DNA of 64,000 bases from Amoebophrya sp. A120 (taxonomy: Eukaryota > Protista > Dinoflagellata): NCBI GenBank assembly GCA_905178155.1, contig CAJINV010000010.1, forward strand, positions 1,378,094-1,442,093, in the 5' to 3' direction. Below are positions 36,701 to 49,700 of this stretch, piece by piece. The translations under genes were made by a program, and so were the position numbers. The notes beneath the pieces are model-generated. The model had not been told where the DNA came from. It worked only from the letters and a program-made list of their open reading frames with translations, and ran no database searches. Within the stretch, counting starts at the first letter, position 1. The number at the start of each line of letters is the position of its first letter.

Positions 36701-38445
36701 TGGATTAGCGATTTCCGGATTAAGGATTGGCACGGCACGGGGCTGATAGAAGACGGAATCCTAATCCACAGTACGAAAGAGTTACTGGAATACCCGTCGC
36801 ACTGCCTGTGCAAATTCATGTTTGGCTTCGTCTACGTGTTTCTTCCCAGTTTCATAACCAACGTCGCGGCACTGCTCGGAACGGAGCTGCTCCAGGGGGT
36901 GTTGGGCAAAGGCGCCACGGATTCCGCGAGACAGGCGTGGGAAAGTACGGACTTGGCCGTGAAATTTCAGGAGAACGTGTACTCGTTCCAGAGCTTCATC
37001 TGGAAATACCTCGGGCAGTGGCTGCATCTGGTCGGGAGTTACTTGTTAACCGGAGACCCGAACTCGCAGTACGCACCTGGATGGGTGCAGTTCATCATTG
37101 ATAACTTGAGGGAGCCCAACGCGGCGTTTGGAGGATTGATGTGGCAACTGATATCCACAGACAAAAAACCATCCGCATCCAATTTGTGCATGACAAACTG
37201 ACCCTAGATCTCCTGCGTCCGAAGCTGCTTGCGGCGACGGTGCAAAGGTTTTTGATGTGGTGCAGTCGGGTATGCATGACAAACACAGGAGGTGACGCAT
37301 GTTTTGCATGACAGATTGGATGGGGATGGGTCTTTTTTTGTGGATAACTGACCAATGCGATCGGATATTACCCGAACATGAAACTCATCGCAGTGTTGTA
37401 TCCACAGTAAATTTCCCGTACACGTACAACTACAAATGCAGTCTCTGCATGACAAAACTTGGCTTCAGTCCTAGTCTAGCATGACAAGTTGCGCACTGCA
37501 AGTTAGCGAAATTTGTCTTGCATTTTGTACATGTACGCGATATTTACATTGCATACGTTGCAAAACGCAGTCATGAAGCTCCTCCTCTCCACTGGGATGT
37601 GTCAGAAGCCGTCGAAGCTATCGGAGTCAATTTCCGCGAAATTAGCCAGGTCAATCACGAGCATGAACGAGCAAAACAGTTTGCGGAATAATTTGGGAAA
37701 CAGCTCCGCGCCGGTCTGGGACAATCACTTCAATTTCGACACAGGAACTTCCGCAAATATTAACTCGCAGCCAGGTACAATCAACCGAAGTTTTGGCGGA
37801 AGTCTCCCCAACTCCATGCGGAATCAAGACTCGCTAGCAAGGCATGACAGATTGCACGTGTATTCTGGTGGAAATAGTCATGAGCAGCATCAACAACTAC
37901 ATACCGGGACGGCTACAACCTCAACCGCAACATCTGACAGCAGCAGACCAGCGAACGGCAAAGTTAAGGATCAACATGATCACAACTACGACGATTATAG
38001 CTCCGTCCACTACAATACCTACAAACGAGACAACGACCGAGATTTGGGGATGGATGCGCAGGCTGTGATGCGGGAAATCCAACTCACGGTGGACCAAAAA
38101 CTGAAACCGCTTGTGCAGGATGACACGTTTGCGCAGAAAGCGCAGGAGCTCGCAATGGAAGAGATCCAACAAACTGGCGGGAAGGGCTTGTATTACCAGG
38201 CGAACCCCGCGGTGCGGGAGAGGAGGGCGGAGATTTTGAAGTTGTTGGGAAAGGGGGAGGAGGTTGCTGTGAGCGACATTCTTGGCGGTGGGAAAAGGAC
38301 GTCGACCAGTGACGCGTTTTTTTTTCCGCCTCGGCCCTCTAGTAATTCAGACGGACGAGGGGGGAGGAGAAATCCCCAGGGACAACAGCATGGCGTGAGA
38401 TCGTCGCCGCCTGCTGGCTCCTCGGAAGAACTCATTTCAATTTGA
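30788..38445 (+). CDS. Gene 4: large protein with Cys-rich modules and several hydrophobic/TM segments; all 10 introns are TIR elements
   Basis: ORFs 30788, 32377, 32636, 34506, 35070, 36295, 36671 and 37513 join in frame after removing 10 elements +5 nt each. Cys-rich segments CLWFHAKCRNNRCVCPSNKCFVHGRCV and CSKQKCDWHCLKDNSCSFKCC; hydrophobic segments GLIITPWVWFAVGIVWSF and FMFGFVYVFLPSFITNVAALL. Confidence 0.8.
32219..32368. mobile_element. TIR intron-like element, family C
   Basis: TSD ATGTT/ATGTT. Confidence 0.92.
32422..32648. mobile_element. TIR intron-like element, family D
   Basis: TSD CCGGG/TCGGA; homologous to 12886-13106. Confidence 0.85.
34026..34336. mobile_element. TIR intron-like element, family A
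   Basis: TSD CGTGA/CGTGA. Confidence 0.95.
34386..34536. mobile_element. TIR intron-like element, family G
   Basis: TATCCACAGTAAATTTCCCG start, TSD AATGG/AATGG. Confidence 0.95.
34858..35029. mobile_element. TIR intron-like element (singleton)
   Basis: TATGCAATGCAAA / TTTTGCAGTGGATA ends, TSD GGAGC/GGCGC. Confidence 0.85.
35737..35997. mobile_element. TIR intron-like element, family H
   Basis: TSD CAGCA/CAGCA. Confidence 0.95.
36111..36269. mobile_element. TIR intron-like element, family G (inverted)
   Basis: TSD AAACG/AAACG; reverse complement of 34386-34536. Confidence 0.95.
36536..36693. mobile_element. TIR intron-like element, family C
   Basis: TSD TCACG/TCACG. Confidence 0.95.
37152..37346. 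mobile_element. TIR intron-like element, family F (long core)
   Basis: TSD ACTGA/ACTGA. Confidence 0.95.
37399..37555. mobile_element. TIR intron-like element, family G
   Basis: TSD TGTTG/CGTTG. Confidence 0.92.
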
Positions 38446-41400
38446 CAATGTAATCATAATATGAGGAATGGAAAAGACAAATGCAGTTGCTGAAATAGAA
38501 ATCAACAACTCATGATCTATCACAGGGACAGCAAGATCCTTCGTGGATGATGTCAAAAATGAATTCCAACTTCTACGAGTAGTAGCTGCGTTGAGTATTA
38601 TTTTTCTTCTTCTTCGGACTAACAGGTCCTGGCTCTCCTGCAACAGTGAGGTCGATTGTTGTCCTCACCCAGGTTGGCAGCAGGGCCAGAGATCACATAG
38701 ATGATGTTTCTATGGTTTTGATTCTGTGAAAATGTACTAATAAATCGATCAGCACCAGCTTGCTTATGTTCTTGTAGAAGTGCTGCAGCAATTTTTCATC
38801 AAGCGCTTACTTACGTTCTTCGCTAACATGGCTATTTGTGCCCTAGTAACCTCTTTAAACTCAGCGGGTGCCATATTTTGTTTCTGCAGAACCAGGAGCA
38901 GTCTTGACAATAATCATTTTACTTCTGGATCTTCCCGCCATTTTACTTTAGACAATACAGCAAACCGCCTCTGAAATCCTTTGCCGCTACTTACACCGGA
39001 GCTCTAGCTGTAACTTTTGGCAGAATAACTGGAAACAAGAAAGCTCCAGTCTTGTCGTTGTCTGATAGAAAATCAAATGTCTTTTATTCGGATGTAAGTA
39101 TAAGTAACAAAGCGAATGCGTCTCTGAAGATCGAGGCTGACTGCCTATGATGTCTGCAAATGAATATACGCAAAACGTAGGAAAATACGCATTTCTTGCA
39201 GATGTTGACGATTTGCGCTCGCACGCGCACGAAGGTGATGTCGGCGAAGTGGCGGGTAAGTGTGTTCTCATTTTTGCTGCCCCCGGCAAGGGGAAGGGCG
39301 GCAAGTCTGCAATCGGGAGAGAGAAGGGACGCACAGCAGATGCGCAGCTCGTGGAAAAGTCCGAGCCCACGTCCTCGCGCAGCGTTCAGCCGGTAGTAGA
39401 CCCGGAGCCGCGCAAACCAACGCGACAAAGTGCGAAGCATGAGGCTGGCCCGCCTCCATCTCCAGCGCCTGCCCCATGAGGATGGCGCCCCGGGGCGGGT
39501 GTTGGGCTCGGCCGTGGAGATCCGGACACAACTACAAGAAAAGGCGGGCGCGGTGGGTTCCGGCAACATGGCCAGGGCGCCCCCCCTCGGCGCCACGGCG
39601 GCCGTCGCGGCCGAGGAAGTATGAAAGGAGGGGCGACAGAAGTGGCCGGGCTGTCGCGAACCAGATCCGCCTCGCTTAGCAGGATTAGCCCGGTGCGAAG
39701 GGTTTCGCCAGTGCCTGAGCTGCCGCCGCGCCAGTCACCTGGAGGGTGCAGGTTGGCAATCCATCGGGCTGGCCGGTTGAGCGGGGGGGAACCGGTGGCC
39801 CGGCGCAACAGGCGTGGCCCCCGCGGGAAGTGCCGCCCGATGGCCCGGCGCTTGGGCGCCCTTCTCTCGGGCGGCGGCGGCAAGATCCGATCGGACAGCG
39901 CGACCGCGATCCAGTGTCTCAGGCAGGCCTGAAGCAGCGCCATGCCTTCGGCTATACTTGCCGCGCACTGCAGCGGTGCGCCTGCGCGCCTAGCTTGCGA
40001 AAGTTTCTTTCCGCATGGCCCGCGGGCCGCCCGACCGCCCCCGGGCCGCTGGCCCTTTCTTTGGGCCGCTAGCTTCTTGGCCGCCCGTGTTTGGCGGGGC
40101 GCCTGCCTGCCTCGGCTGGCCCGCCGCCAAAAAGGGGCAGGGGGGGGGGGCGTCCCGCCTTCCTTGGGCATTGTATTTTCCCCGGCCTTGTTTGTGTGGT
40201 GTATTGTATGTGTACCTCTGTCGGCCCGGGGGAGGGTGGGGGGCGCTCGCCGGCCTGGCCGTTGCCAGCCGCGCGCCCGACCGTCCGTGCTTGGCGTGCG
40301 TCCGCGGCGCGCCGCGGCGAAGTTCGGATCGATGTATGCGCGCCGCCTGGCCGCGTAGTGACGCGCGCCACGCTCCCATTCCCGGGCCGGCCAATAAGTA
40401 GGCCCGTATTGGTGGCCAGTTGTTCGCAGTTAGCATTCTTTGCAGCAACGAACGAATTTTCTTTAAGTGCAGGTCTCCTTCTGTCGCCGTCCTCTCTGGC
40501 TCTGTGTCGATGTGATCCTCAGTCTCGCTCTGTTGCGATTGTGTGAAAGGCGCAATCTTTAGAGGCAGGCTGAGGTAGGTAGAAGGAGAAGCAGTCGTCG
40601 TGGGGTGTTCGATGAATGTGTCGCCACGCTGCAGTTTCTGACATAGCCGACAGTCGTGTTGTGGATGTGTCGCCGGTTAGATACAAAAGTCGGTGCTCGG
40701 CCACACACTTCGTCGCTTGAAAGAATCGGCGAGGTAAGAGAAGCGGAGATGAATAATTTTAATTCGTGGAGGTGGATCGGCTCTTTGTGTAGGCTCGAGA
40801 TTGCGAACAGAGCGTGTGTGAGTGAACGCGATACCCGTGTGCTGACCTCGTCTCGTGACTCTACTCGCGTAGTGAAGAGCATTTTGCTTGCTGCTTCTGG
40901 GACCGAGTGCTATGCCTATGTCGAGTTGCTGACGTTCTAAGCCATAACTAAGATTACGAGAGAGATTGCGTGGCCGCGTTGTGGATGGAGCGAGTTCAAA
41001 CAAATTAACCATGCAACAACTTTGCTAGAAAGCACCACCGAGAGAGACACTACATTGTACCTTCTTCAAGCTTGCAAGGCGACCTTGTTCTGGGCGACGG
41101 TTGCTGCCGGAGGTTCTTTAGTCTATTTCCAGCAACTCGCAGTCGCACGCGACGGCAACCACGTCGCTGTGCAGCCGCATTCACGAACTGGTTTTTGAGC
41201 AACCCCCTCCTCGCGCACTGAACGTGCAAGCAGCGCTTCGACCGAAACCTGAGACTTTTCCACGCGGCGCCCGGGACGCTAGGGCGAGCAGCAGTGCAGC
41301 CGGTAGGAGTGAAGTAAAAACCGTTCTTGTCGAGGTATTCTTTCGACGCTCCTAGTACGGCTTCGCGGCGGCTGCGAATCAAATACCCCTCCGATTCTGC

Positions 41401-42118
41401 TACGGATCGTCAACTCCGCCCGCCTGTGTTGGTATAACGACGCTGCAACTCGCGCTCGCCCACTGAGGACGACTAATTTGCGTTATTTCCCAAGTTCCAG
41501 TCAGACCCGGCCACTCTCTGTCCAAGCAGGAGTAGAACTTCCTCGCGTACTACACGGCCGGGCACGTTGTCGCTACGATTGCTGGTACTTCTCGGACGAC
41601 GCCGGGATTTGCCTCGGAGTAGAGCAACGGCAGGCAGAAAAGCTGCAACACCGCATTCGCCCAAAACACTAGCGGCGATTTTGGACGGCGAGAAAATAAG
41701 ACGGTCGACGAGGAACAAATCTGGCCGTCGAGCAAGAAATCCGTTTCCGTCGCAAGAGCGCGACGACGACGTAAACCACCTACAACTTCCGTCGAAGAGT
41801 AGACCAGTGGAAGCAGCTGCTACTGCTGTTTCTCCGTACAGCTTGTGATCCTTCGTCGCGTCAACGCAATAAAGAAACCACTGGAGTTCGGCGTGGTCTA
41901 CTATCCGTCTACTACGCACAACAGCAGCATTGGCGCTCCTACGACTGCTGGTTTTAGCTGGCGCTTAAGGTACGACAACCACGGACACAGCTACAGACAT
42001 AACAGCGACTACTTTGTCTACTGAATAGAAAACACGTGCTCAGCCACCTCGTAAAGCCGGTACGGAGAGGACGATCCAGCGGGTGTAGCAGCGGGTCCGA
42101 GTAGAACTAGTACGAACC

Positions 42119-43951
42119 ATGGCCGCGCAAATGTCAACCCGCGCCCTGCGCGCGGAGTTTCTGCAGACCGGACACAAGGAATCCCTACCGGATTTCCTCA
42201 GAATACTTGAGGAGAACCTGGGCGAGACCAACCCACCAGCACCGCCACACAGAACAGAATTCGTGCGGTTCTCACAAGGGCTTTTTTCCCACGGTATAAG
42301 GTTAGTTTGAAGAAGATGGGCATATGAGTGTAAATATGTTGCTTCTTTTTTCGTCATGCTGCAATGAAAAGAGCGATGAAAATCACCAGCAAAAAATCTG
42401 TCATGCATAAACGGCATTCCAAGGTGAACTCCTCCCATCACAAGTTTTCGTCGCGGCTCTGGAGATGGCAAATGACGAAAAATTGAACGGGCAAGGCATG
42501 GAATTTTCAAAAACCTGCTTGCTGGCGAGGGATGACTTTGTGTTGGCGTATTGAGTTACATGTGATGCTTTGTATTGCATAGCAATATACGACCACTTTT
42601 ATTGTCATGTCAGCCAGACTATCGGATATTGTAATTGTTGATTATTCGGAATCCAAGTCCAACACATCCTGTCACACATTATCAGGTGGAAGCCACTCCT
42701 GCCGAAGATAAGGATGTTTATCGCAAAAGAAACCACGAGTATACCCGGGGATCTAGCCAGAAACTTCATCGACGCCTGGTTTACCTGGGAAAACATATGG
42801 CTCACGGAAAGGGAGTATTGCTTTCGTTTTGACATAGTGCATTCTGCATTTACAAGATGTAGCTGTACTAGTACTTTGGCATGCATAACAAACAAGTCTT
42901 CGTCAGCATCACTAGAATTACGATTTCTTATGAACACGACCTTGCTCTATCAGGGACCACGCTGTGGAGGCGCTGCAGCCCCTGGCCAAGGCGATTCTGA
43001 GTCTCGGGCCCTTTCTCGAGTCAAGGAGAAAGGAGAAACTGCACCCGCATCCGAGAGTGCTGGCGCAGAGGGTACAGTAGGTTTGAGTTTTTTGAATTGC
43101 AGGTGATATTAGTTCCGCGGCAATCATAATTGACTTTTTCATGCAATTTTCCTTTTCCAGCACAACACGGAGGAAAAATTTTACTCGAAAACGATCGCAC
43201 ACACCTTCTTCAGGAAATCTCCTACCGGTCACTTATCGGATTCCTGCAGAGCTTATCCGTGCTTTCAACCCAGTGCCTGTCCAGCTTGAGCCGGGAACCC
43301 GCTCCGGATCCGAGATTGTTTCTGCTCATGGATTACCTCCTCGCGAAGTCAAACCACCCACCACCAGAAGGGTACTTATAATAGCCGGAGCAGCGTGAGT
43401 GTGCAACTTTGTCTTGTATCACTTTCACGACTGGCATGAAGCGATTCGCTTCGTTTTGCACTGGACGCATAAACGAACAAAATGCAAACCCTCATACAAT
43501 AAAACAGCACCTTCTGTGTCCAGGGAATGGCAGAAACACCGGACATTCACTTCGTAGACAACGGGTCAAATATCAAGCTGTCCTCCTACGCTTTCCGCTT
43601 TGAAGAGGAGAAGGGCACGGTACATGACGGCAGTCGTTTTTTTTTATAAAAAAAATGATGCCGCCGCATAATTTTTGATTTTGTCATGCGTGCTGCGCAT
43701 TCTTGTAGGAATTTGTCGTGCACAAAACCGAAGCCAAAGTTCAAAAAAAAACACAGCTGAACCGCGCCACCGACTTGCTGTCCAGCTTCGAAGCGGTGAT
43801 AAACGTCCTGCAAGGCATACAGTCTGCGGACCTGATGCGGTTGAACCCTGCTTTAGACCAGCACCCAAGCTTGACCGACACTATGCTGCACTTTGAAAAG
43901 ACGTTCAAGAAGAGCAAGAGGGTGTTTCTGGAACCGGACAATCTGGTGTAG
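42119..43951 (+). CDS. Gene 5: hypothetical protein with 5 canonical GT-AG introns
   Basis: Exons 42119-42300, 42686-42814, 42954-43071, 43214-43371, 43508-43619 and 43757-43951 join in frame into a globular-looking sequence. An upstream exon is possible. Confidence 0.65.
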
Positions 43952-45076
43952 CGAGTGAGGTGGGATGAAGCAGAGGAGGATGGGGAAAAGAATCCTGTAA
44001 AGTGTATGACAACATCTTCAATCTTCACAAAGGTTTTAAACCAATATAGACTCGAGACCGTCAAGACAAGACCAAGACAACTGAGAAAGTAACTATTTGT
44101 AATCATCAAAGTAGCCGGAGGTTATTTGCTCTGGCAAAACCACACGAGACGCGCCACGTCTCGTGAACTGAATGACAAACGCGGAATGGCTCAACATTCT
44201 GGTATACTTGAATTTGGTAGCAAACGAACTGACGCAACTGATACTGAGGAACTGACCTTGTAAAAAGAATAAAACGCGAGGAAAATAATTCTTGACGCTG
44301 CTGGCGGTCAAAAACAAAATCGGAGTGCTGCCAGCTGTCGCGCAGCGACTCCTATGTATACTTTCTGATCACGTGGCTTTGCCCTGTAGTGCACCTGCTT
44401 ACAGGTGGTGGTCTGAAAGCGAAAGAGCGCGCGGTAGCATCTTCTGCATCATGCTCGGAAGGAAAAAGAAAAAGAATCGACGCACTGTGGGAAGATCTGT
44501 ACAAGAGCGCTCCGCCTACGTTTAGTGCGACGCTCCTTCCTTAAGATTACTAGACTCGGATGATCATCTCAAATACAACGACAACTCACTCGAAGTAGTT
44601 GTGTTTCAAGATCAGGAGCAATGGATCGATCCTGTTCAAGCGAAAATAAAAATTCAGATCCAAAAGCAAGATCTTGAGGTCCTCGACGAGAACAGCGAAG
44701 AGATCTTGACAAACTGAAACCTTGTGCTGATGCCACCTGTGATCACGACGGACTCAATCCTGCTCGTTTCCGAGAAGATTCGATCTTCACTAGCCTTCTA
44801 CTCGCATTTTATCATTCATGATTTCCAGGCAGCATTCGTGCTACGACGAAGATCGCAGACCGTTTGCTCCAACATTGATTACGTTTTTTTTTCGCAAGAC
44901 TGTAAATAACATTCTAACCCTAGTGCTGTACTACCGTTGCCGACGGCAGTTTGATCGTTGTTTGGCGAACTCCAACTCAGCACACTTCAATTTATACTTT
45001 TTCGTTTTCCGTCGACATCGTTTAATTCTTGCTTCGCAGCATCTGACCCCACGACAACCCAAAGCGCTCCTCCAAA

Positions 45077-45945
45077 ATGGGCAAGTGCAAAACCGACCTT
45101 CATCAGCACCTGACCGGTGCCGTCAACTGGAGCTACGATGACAAGCAGGACCGATATTTCGCGAAGGGGGAGCCCACGTGGGATCTGGAAAAGCGAATCA
45201 CCAAGGGCGAGAAGCAGGGAGCGCTGCCCAGTTCCAGTGTCGAGGAATTTCGAAAGAAGGATGCGAAGTATATGAACTTATTCCGTTTTTGTCATGCCGA
45301 TCTTGGTACACAGCACTGCACCCACGTAGACCTCCCGAGAGTGGAAAGATCGTGCTTGACAACTAAAAAAACTTGTCATGCGAAAAACGAAGGAACTAGA
45401 TTTTTGATTGTCTTGTTCTTTCATCATCAAACTTATCGCCTCAAAACAGGAAAGCGGAAGACCGATTGCAGAGGCTAGCGAAGATGCAGGAAGAAGAGGG
45501 TGTGAAGCCGGAAAAAGAACAAGAATCAACATCAGAGAAGGTCGTTGAATCAACGCCAGCACCGGCTAAGAAGGAAGCTGAAGCTGAAACTGCGGTGAAA
45601 TCAACGTCAACGCCAGCAACCGAAGAGCCAGGCTTGGTCGTGGAGAAGAAGAAGAAGGAAAAGAAGGAAAAGCGGGAGGTAAATACATCACATACAATTG
45701 ATTTGTAAAGAACAGAAGCTGTACGGTGTAGATGTACCATTTGCTCCTGTAAATGATCAACAACTTCTTGAATTATACGCATCAGAAACTTGCTGTAGTT
45801 TGACCTTTTGCATCACAAATTTTACCGTTTTGTCATCAAATGAAAACAGAAATCCGGTGATGAGGAAGCTCCAGCCGCGGCAGAACCAGCGACCGAAAGC
45901 GGCGAGCCCGCAAAGAAGAAAAAGAAGAAGGAAAAGAAAGAATAA
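45077..45945 (+). CDS. Gene 6: small K/E-rich protein with a KKE-type basic tail (possibly nuclear/nucleolar)
   Basis: Exons 45077-45267, 45450-45678 and 45850-45945 with GT-AG introns; ends PAKKKKKKEKKE*. Confidence 0.75.
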
Positions 45946-46702
45946 ATTGCCTGACGGCACTCAAATTTGTTCATGTTTGACATTGGGAAACGGAAACAAA
46001 ACGCTACTCAGATTGGATTCGAACATGCACTATCCTTTTGACGCGGAATTACGAATTTGCACGTGATGAACAACAGTGGTCGATTTCCACTCATCAAACC
46101 AGCACCGGAGGACATCTCATGCTCATTTGGCACCTCCTTGTCGAATGCGAAAAGGATGACGAAACGACACACAGGTGTTCTTCGCCTAATGAAGAAATAT
46201 GAATAAATCGCAAGATATTTTTGAGCCGAGCACTACTTCTATCGTGATCTAAATTGTCGTAATCGTGCTCGTCATTTCGGAACAAACAAGGGGTCGATCG
46301 TGATCGTGATTTTTCGTTTTTGCAACAGTAGTGTCGTTATTTTCGTCTTGTTGATGTTGAAGAAGAAGATCGCTTGAAGATGTTTTGCGAAGGAAGTTTT
46401 CTTGTATATTTCGTTTGCGCTGCTCGTCACAAGAACTTCGTTGGGCCACGAAGAATATCTGAATTGTCGCATACGACTCGTGGATCATATTTTTCAAACT
46501 CGTGTGTGAGTAACTCCTCTTTATCCGGACATTCACGACGTCTCTTTGGTGGAGATTTCTGCTCTCTAACTTCTATGATCTTGATCGTCATCGTCTGGTC
46601 CTCATTTTTTTAGCTGCGGGAACTCGACGAAGAGGAGCTTTTTTTGTACAATGAAAAGTTTCAAACGAAAATAAATTTCCACAACTCCATAAAAGCGCGA
46701 AA

Positions 46703-49700
46703 ATGCCGAAAAAGGAACGGGAAGTTCGCGACGCCCGCATGGGCTACATCGAGGTGGATATCCACCTAAAAAAACCCATCCCCATCCAATTTGTCATGCA
46801 AAATATACATCAGAAGCAGTGTTTATCATGCGAAAAATGAATGGGGATGGGAATGGGTTTTTTTCTGTGGATACTAGATGAGGCTGTGCTAGCCCCGGAG
46901 GACAAGCAGAAACTGGAGCACTATTCCGAGGACATCCTGGCCATGCTGCACCGAAATGACCCGAAAGACCCGAAAACTTTAAGTCTCTTCGGGATCCACT
47001 TCTCCAGGCACTTCTACCGGGACTTCGCGTTCTGCTTCATGCACAACACGCGTACTTATAATTGTTACAGCTCAGATTGTTGTAGTTGTTAACCACTTTC
47101 TTCAACAAATTTCGTTTGTCAGTTTAGCTCGAACAACTACAAGTGAGCAGCCGTGTTTTTGAGGTTGACCTGCTTCAATAGCACCAGCAGTGTGACGATG
47201 ATGAACTTTCTTCGAAAAATATTATAAACCCGTCTACTCAGGTATCCGCAAGCTCCAGCTGGAGAAGTGCAACATCAATGACGTTGCTTGTGTATCCTGC
47301 GCAAAAGAAGTACCGCATGACTCGCACGACTATCTGTAATAGCAATCTGACATGAATAAAAAATTTTGTAAATCTGTATCTGCCCTACAACTACCCGAAT
47401 ACGCATGAAAATGTAAAGAAGTAAATGCTTTATTGCGGAGATGTAGATACTTTCGCGCATTCCATATTGCGAACGACTGGGCTTTATGCTCCGTGAAAAC
47501 CAGGCGGTCCAGGTGCTCTCGCTGAACGAGAACCACATTAAGTCGGTCGGCTGCGGGTTTATCGCACGACTAATGGACAAGGGGTACGGCTCGCAGTCGA
47601 AGTGTGAGCTGACGCATCTGTTCCTGAACCGCAATCATATCGGGCCGGTCGGGGCGAAGTCGCTCGCCATAACCTTGGCGCACAACACCTACCTGCAGTG
47701 CTTAGAAGTCCGGGAAAACTGCATCGATGACTGGGGACTGGGGTGGCTGTGCATGGGTAAGTGAAAAAAGCTTGATAAACTATTTTCTGAAGTAGAGTTT
47801 GACCACGACAAACACAAATACTCCCTCATGCTAAATCAAGATCAACAGTGCGCATTATATCTTGTTTCTCGTGCATTTCTCTCATAATTTTGGTCTTTTG
47901 TTCTCGCAGCGTGTCATTGTGGCAGTGGCTGCGACAATGCCGAAGAAGATGCCCGTGTCTGTCATATTCATTATTAGGTCTGAAATCCAACACCACCCTC
48001 CGGCAACTGGACCTGCAGTCCAATCCGATCGGCGAAAACGGGCGACATATGGATTGCAAAAGTGTCTGGGCCTGGAAGGTTGGAACTTGTAACGCTCGCT
48101 TTCCATACGTAGGAAAGTTGTCATGCTTGGTTGCATTCGGAACTGTGTCCATCATCCACATTTTAGCATCACAAGTTTCCACTTCCAGACCCAGACATAT
48201 TTGCAATTGATACGACACGAGCTGGACGGCTTGAGACACGCAACCGGGAGAGATATCGAAGTGGAGGATCCGATTATCGGCGAAGAATCCCTGAAATTTA
48301 TGTCCTTCGAATACGTCGAAATTCTGCCCCACATGGTGAAGAACGAATCTTCGAGACAAGATCTCCGAAGCTCCAGATCCTCTACTAGAGTCCCATCGCA
48401 TGGATCCAGGTCAAAATCGGGTAGTAGATCCCGACCGACTAGCGCCAGGTCGAGACCGTTATCCGCGCAGTCGTCGAGGAGTGTGACGCTGAATAGCAAC
48501 GGAGTGCCGATTCGGTCTGACGGAAGTTTAGTCAAGGTATAATACGGCGTCTGGGATTTTCCATTTTCTCATGTTGCGTGCTTGATATGAAAAAAGGTAA
48601 TAAAGGATGAATGTGCTAACTATCATGCAGCTGCTGTTGCCTAGGATTTGCTACTCCACTGTAGTTTATTCTTATTCCAAAAACTGCTACTTACATACAT
48701 CAGTCCCAGTCCAAGCGGTCGAAATCGCAGGCGAAGATAAAGAACAAGCTTGGTGCGGTCTATTTCCCCGCGGCTACCAACATGCTGAAGAAATCAAAGG
48801 CGAATAAAGGATCTCCAAGCAAATCCTCATCATCGCGGGCACTTACGCCGAAAAGTCGGACTAGTTCATCTTCTTCCTCCGGCCTCCCCATGCTCATCCC
48901 CGAGACAGAACAGCGACTAGTAGTGCAAATCACGAAATTTGACACTCTCCAGAAGCGTTACAGTTTGGGTAACGGGGAGTCGTACCGACCAACGTTGGCG
49001 GAGATTCGACAGCGAGGATTGACCCCGACGAGAAACAGTTCTCGGCCAAGCACGGGGAATGGCAGAGGTTCGAACCTCACCGGCATGCTGCAAAACGCGG
49101 CTGCCATGAACCGGGCGAGTAGTAGTGGCACGTCGTCACCGAGTAGGAGGAAAAAAGACATCTACAAGCAAGATACGAAGAAGCTCGCGGAATTGGCTTT
49201 GGCGCTGGAGAAATCGCTGCCGCCAGTGATGTCGAAACATCTCCCACCCGCGTACTACGCACCGGATCTGGAATTGGCGGTGCACCCGAGGCCGGGGTCG
49301 GTGTTGCTGCAAGAAATGGACCTGGACGCGGAAAACCAAACGGAATCCATGTCCAGTCCGAGAAGATTGGTGATGGGCGAACGGCGGGAGAGACAACAAT
49401 CCCCGGAAAAGATGGTGGAGGCGAGGAAGAAGTTGCTATCGCCGAAACACAGGAAATTCGCGGAAGACCACTTTGCGCAGAAAGGACAGTATAAATAAAA
49501 CTACTGCGTTGGTGTTTTACTTTGATTTTTGACATGCGACATACTAGACCATTGTTATTCTAAGCTGCATTGAAGATTTGCAATTGAGAAATAGGAACGC
49601 AGCACACCGCTACTGTCCGTCCTATAAGTACTTGCTTTCGCATGGCATCGAAGTAGCACTTTTTTTATCAACAAAATAAACCAGCTTCCGCAAGTCCTAC

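Noticed and set aside
39084-40546. R/A/P/G-rich ORFs up to 261 aa (also 54138-55202, 56927-57790, 59928-61134)
   Set aside because: Expected from extreme GC content; open in several frames with no recognisable protein.
42812-43523. Apparent GG-AG introns in gene 5
   Set aside because: Canonical solutions keep the frame: GT 42815 to AG 42953, and GT 43372 to AG 43507.
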